In this document: piece by piece, positions 58,054 through 61,686 of the stretch
How positions within the stretch are numbered: the first letter of the stretch is position 1
How the letters are laid out: the number at the start of each line of letters is the position of its first letter
DNA from: Candidatus Omnitrophota bacterium
GTDB taxonomy: Bacteria > Omnitrophota > Gorgyraeia > Duberdicusellales > 4484-171
DNA length: 61,686 nt
NCBI GenBank assembly: GCA_043823745.1
Contig: JBDRAN010000012.1
Location: 1-61,686 of the forward strand
Direction: 5' to 3'
The notes under the pieces: model-generated
Database searches by the model: none
Told to the model about the DNA's origin: nothing
The model's input: only the letters and a program-made list of their open reading frames with translations
Translations under genes and position numbers: made by a program

Positions 58054-58407
58054 ATGGATAAAATAACCATTATACTTAACGAAGGACCTAATACGATGCG
58101 TTCTTGGAATGGTATCCGGCTTGCTAGCGGATTGTTGGACGTCAATTTAGAAACAAGCATAGTATTATTCGATGAAGCGGTTTTTTGTGCCAAGAAAGAC
58201 CAGAATCCTCCTGATGATTTAGAGGGTTTGAATCTTGGGAAAAAGCTTTCAGATCTGATCAAGCTGGGTGTTAATATCTTGGCCTGCGGCAGTTGTTGTC
58301 AAGCACGTGGGATGAAGAAAGAAGAACTGATTGATGGCGTTGAGATCTGCTGTTTGACGGATGTAGCTAACGCTATAAAGACAAGTAAACAGACATTGGT
58401 ATTCTAA
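58054..58407 (+). CDS. DsrE family protein
   Basis: DEAVFCAKKDQ, ACGSCCQARG. Confidence 0.88.
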   Translation: MDKITIILNEGPNTMRSWNGIRLASGLLDVNLETSIVLFDEAVFCAKKDQNPPDDLEGLNLGKKLSDLIKLGVNILACGSCCQARGMKKEELIDGVEICCLTDVANAIKTSKQTLVF

Positions 58408-58420
58408 AGGGAGGTTTTAA

Positions 58421-59161
58421 ATGTTCGATCTAAATTCTAACGAAATCAAGAAATTAGTCAAAGGCAAATATAGTAAAGTTGCCCGCGATCCTTATGCGGT
58501 GTATAACTTTCCCGTAGGCAAAACCTTTGCCTTAAAAGTTGGTTACCCCAAAGAAGTCTTGGACACTCTCCCTATTTCTCTGACCGAGTCTTTTACGGGC
58601 GCTAATAATCCTCAGCCATTCGTGGAATTAAAGCAAGACGAGATTGTTTTGGATTTAGGTTGCGGCGGCGGTTTAGATTTATATTTTTACAGCCAGGCCG
58701 TAGGGCCTGAAGGCAAAGTTTACGCCGTAGATATTTCAGAGGATATGGTTAATCGGGCAAAAGACAATATGCGTAAAACCGGAAGGGGAAATGTAGAAAT
58801 CCGTATCGGAGAATCAGACCGTATTCCTTTTGGCGACAACTTTTTTAATGTGGTTGCTTCAAACGGCATATATAATTTATCTCCTGATAAAGAGGCTGCA
58901 ATGAAAGATGTTTACAGGGTCTTAAAATCTGGAGGCCGTACTGTTTTTTGTGAGATAGTCCTAAAGGAAGCGCTTTCCGAAGGCGAAAGAAAAAACCATA
59001 GCGATTGGTTCAGGTGCATCGGTGGAGCCTTAGTGGAAAAAGATTTTACTGTTCTAATGAAAAAAGTAGGGTTTAAAAACATAGAAGTTATATCGAAATG
59101 CCGCAATGCCCGAACAGGTCATCCTTATGCTATATGCGCGAACATCAGGGCTTATAAATAG
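58421..59161 (+). CDS. Arsenite methyltransferase-like SAM-dependent methyltransferase
   Basis: ESFTGANNP, VLDLGCGGGLD, VGPEGKV, SNGIYNLSPDK, WFRCIGGAL. Confidence 0.8.
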   Translation: MFDLNSNEIKKLVKGKYSKVARDPYAVYNFPVGKTFALKVGYPKEVLDTLPISLTESFTGANNPQPFVELKQDEIVLDLGCGGGLDLYFYSQAVGPEGKVYAVDISEDMVNRAKDNMRKTGRGNVEIRIGESDRIPFGDNFFNVVASNGIYNLSPDKEAAMKDVYRVLKSGGRTVFCEIVLKEALSEGERKNHSDWFRCIGGALVEKDFTVLMKKVGFKNIEVISKCRNARTGHPYAICANIRAYK

Positions 59162-59199
59162 GTTTGGAGTGCGAAGTGAATAAGGGTAAAGATGATTAC

Positions 59200-59982
59200 A
59201 TGATACCAATACGTGCAAATAAACATTACCGAAAGCCGTCTGTTTTTGACCCGGTAAATTTGCTAAAACAGGCTCGGCGTCAGAAGTCGCTACCATCTGG
59301 CAGTGTGCCAGAGATATGCGTACTCGATCCTGATGGCGATCTATCTTTATATATTCGGGATTACTCTGTAGGCAAGCGTAACTCCTGTTGGGCTTGTTAT
59401 CACACGGATCTTTATAGTATAGAAATTGAAGGATTGTCTGTAGGTGTAATTGGACGGGCTGTAGGCGCTTCTTTTTCCGTACTCGTAGCAGAAGAATTAT
59501 TTGCGTCGGGGTGCCGGTTATTAATTAGTATTACTTCGGCCGGGCAAATTAAGCCTGTCCATAAACCACCTTACTTTATTTTAATTGATCGTGCCTTAAG
59601 AGATGAAGGAACTAGCTATCACTATATACCGGAATCAGTTTATGCTTCCATTCAGACAGAGATTCTTGTTATGTTAAATGGAATTATTAAAAAAAAGCCA
59701 TTAGTTATACAAGGTGCGGTTTGGACAACTGATGCGCCGTTTCGAGAGACAAAAGAGGCTATTTCCTTTGCGCGCTCGGAAAATCTACTTGCTGTCGAAA
59801 TGGAGGCCGCGGCGCTCTATGCGTTTGCGCAGGCACGAAAAAAGAAAGTTGTATGTTTCGCTCATGTCACAAATCAAATGGGCATGGTTGAAAAAGATTT
59901 TGAAAAAGGTAAAGATAATGGGAATGCTGTTTTGCTCAAGCTTATAACAAATGTTATTTCTGAATGGAAAAAAGTGGCTTAA
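59200..59982 (+). CDS. Nucleoside phosphorylase family protein
   Basis: ALRDEGTSYHY, VWTTDAPFRET, AVEMEAAA. Confidence 0.88.
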   Translation: MIPIRANKHYRKPSVFDPVNLLKQARRQKSLPSGSVPEICVLDPDGDLSLYIRDYSVGKRNSCWACYHTDLYSIEIEGLSVGVIGRAVGASFSVLVAEELFASGCRLLISITSAGQIKPVHKPPYFILIDRALRDEGTSYHYIPESVYASIQTEILVMLNGIIKKKPLVIQGAVWTTDAPFRETKEAISFARSENLLAVEMEAAALYAFAQARKKKVVCFAHVTNQMGMVEKDFEKGKDNGNAVLLKLITNVISEWKKVA

Positions 59983-60006
59983 TATTTTTATTTTAGGAGT
60001 GAAAGC

Positions 60007-60570
60007 ATGAAGATCAGAGAAAGCGGTATGCCTGAGCGTGATATGTGGGAGAAATTCTTTAGTCCCGCAGAGCTTCTGGCTACGCTTGGCCTAAATAACC
60101 AGATGGGTGATGTGGCAGAGTTTGGTTGCGGATACGGTACATTTACTATTCCGGTTGCAGCAGTTATTAAAGGAAAAATTTATGCGTTGGATATCGAATC
60201 GGATATGATTCGAATTACCAGAGAAGAGGCTGAAAAAAACAGACTGGAGAATGTGCAACCAATATTGCGTGACTTTATAACAGAGGGTTCCGGCCTACCT
60301 GACGGAAGCATGGATTATGTAATGCTTTTTAATATCCTTCACCTTGAAAAACCAATGGTTCTTATTAACGAAGCGAAGCGGATTTTGAGGGAAGGCGGCA
60401 AGCTTGGAATTATTCACGGGAATTATGATGCTTCGACACCACGAGGGCCTTCCATGGGAATCCGTCCCAAACCTGAAGATGGCATAAAATGGGCTGAAAG
60501 TGCCGGGTTCGGCGGAACTGCCCGGTATGATTTAAAGCCATACCATTATGGGATTGTTTTAATAAAATGA
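60007..60570 (+). CDS. Class I SAM-dependent methyltransferase
   Basis: EFGCGYGTF, YALDIE, RILREGG. Confidence 0.88.
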   Translation: MKIRESGMPERDMWEKFFSPAELLATLGLNNQMGDVAEFGCGYGTFTIPVAAVIKGKIYALDIESDMIRITREEAEKNRLENVQPILRDFITEGSGLPDGSMDYVMLFNILHLEKPMVLINEAKRILREGGKLGIIHGNYDASTPRGPSMGIRPKPEDGIKWAESAGFGGTARYDLKPYHYGIVLIK

Positions 60571-60610
60571 GTACAAGTAACGAGAAATTGAAAATTAGGA
60601 GGTAAACGCA

Positions 60611-60943
60611 ATGTTACAAGTAGGAATGATTAGATGCCAGCAAACAGAAGATATGTGCGCGGGCAATACAGATTTTAAAATTGCAAAAGAAGGAAAATGT
60701 GTCTTTGAGGAAACCGGGCCCGTTGAAGTTGTTGGATTTGTTTCTTGCGGAGGCTGTCCCGGAAAAAGAGCTGTCATGCGTGCAAAAACGATGGTTGAAC
60801 GTGGAGCTGGAGCAATTGTTTTTGTCTCCTGCATAAAGAAAGGGACCCCGATAGGTTACCCTTGTCCTCATTACGAAAACATGAGAGACGCGGTAATAAA
60901 AAAAGTTGGTCAAGATATTAAAGTTTTTGAATGGTCTCATTAG
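60611..60943 (+). CDS. CGGC domain protein
   Basis: IRCQQTEDMC, GFVSCGGCPG, YPCPH. Confidence 0.9.
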   Translation: MLQVGMIRCQQTEDMCAGNTDFKIAKEGKCVFEETGPVEVVGFVSCGGCPGKRAVMRAKTMVERGAGAIVFVSCIKKGTPIGYPCPHYENMRDAVIKKVGQDIKVFEWSH

Positions 60944-60981
60944 AGAGCGGTAAGGTAGTGACTTTCTAAGATTGCTTATAT

Positions 60982-61368
60982 ATGTCTACCCAAAAAAGGT
61001 GGACATTTTGCATCTACCTACCAGGTAAATAGTTGTATAATTTCGAGCCTAAAATGACAGGACAAAACAGACAACCCTGCTTCGTAACCACTACAAAATT
61101 CTCTTCGACCCCCTTCGAGGACTTCGTAATTTTGTAGCACTCGCAGGATTTCGCTCGATAAAGGCTTAATCCCTTTGCCTAAATTCCACGGACACAGTCC
61201 GTGGAAGAAATGGTAAGGGACGTCGCCCTATCGGGCTCCAGTGTGCTCAAATTTCGCGAGGAATAACCTCTCTAAACCGCCAATTTTCTTGATAATTGCC
61301 TTATTCGGCCCTATGATTATATCTATAAATACAGAGAGGTTTCCCCTCGCCCTAACGATGAGGGACCC
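60982..61368 (+). repeat. Direct repeat, right copy, with a ~175-bp palindromic insertion
   Basis: Homologous to 51327-51537; extra hairpins ctacaaaatt..aattttgtag and ttccacggac..gtccgtggaa. Confidence 0.85.
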
Positions 61369-61686
61369 CAATGAAACTTACCCTTTTCTGTCTTAACAAG
61401 ACAGAAAAGGGTTTAGTTGAATTGTCCCGCCGAGTTCACAAAAATTATCGAAGAGAATTTTTGTGTATCAAGACGAGGCGGAATATCTCTCGTTTTTAGA
61501 TCCAGTTATCCCGAAACGCTCTTCAAAAATATCGTAGATACTTTTGAAGTATTGAGGCGGTTCGGGACATTCTAGTCAAGCGAAGTGAAGAATTAGATTT
61601 AGTTAAATTATTTTCTCGGTCACAGAAGAGCGAGTGAATAGCCATGATTGATTAAAGCGATCATGGCTATTTTTATCTCCGAGAGT

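Noticed and set aside
58421-59161. Selenoprotein methyltransferase
   Set aside because: The candidate position is Cys (WFRCIGG) and there is no in-frame TGA.
199-60940. Numerous antisense and nested ORFs in the six-frame track
   Set aside because: They overlap well-supported genes or tRNAs and show no motifs or RBS of their own.

Overview
Bacterial genomic window from a diderm. The gene style suggests Candidatus Omnitrophota/PVC, but that is inference only. 1-26.7 kb is mostly housekeeping and transport: AcrB-type RND permease, PG0541-like P-II-fold protein, FAD oxidase, Nudix, a complete Pho regulon (phoU-pstB-pstB-pstA-pstC-pstS-porin with Pho boxes, phoR-phoB), dusB, pyrE, M48 and CPBP proteases, tRNA-Ser, tRNA-Leu, smpB and an inositol monophosphatase. 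The highlight is 26.7-40.5 kb, an apparently hybrid peptide-maturation cluster. It encodes two paralogous precursors with an Flp-pilin-like leader (F-x-[KR]-DEDG|F) and His-Xaa-Asn/His-Xaa-Ser core repeats, an HxsB-type radical SAM enzyme, HxsD and an HxsD-like protein, an A24 prepilin peptidase, a U32-TPR Fe-S enzyme, two tandem-GNAT acyltransferases, ACP + FabF-like ketosynthase + a Cys-less KS partner, and duplicated secreted proteins. Together these suggest cross-linked, possibly lipidated pilin-like peptides. Three of the five tRNAs sit next to small endonuclease genes (GIY-YIG at Ser and Pro, HNH at His), and four have broken tRNA copies with palindromic insertions nearby. After tRNA-His an AT-richer island starts, with an IR-flanked RAYT transposase, orphan genes, and an ArsR-led MMPL/LolA-like/DsrE/ArsM-like operon bracketed by ~210-bp direct repeats. 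All calls come from reading motifs by eye; no database search was run.
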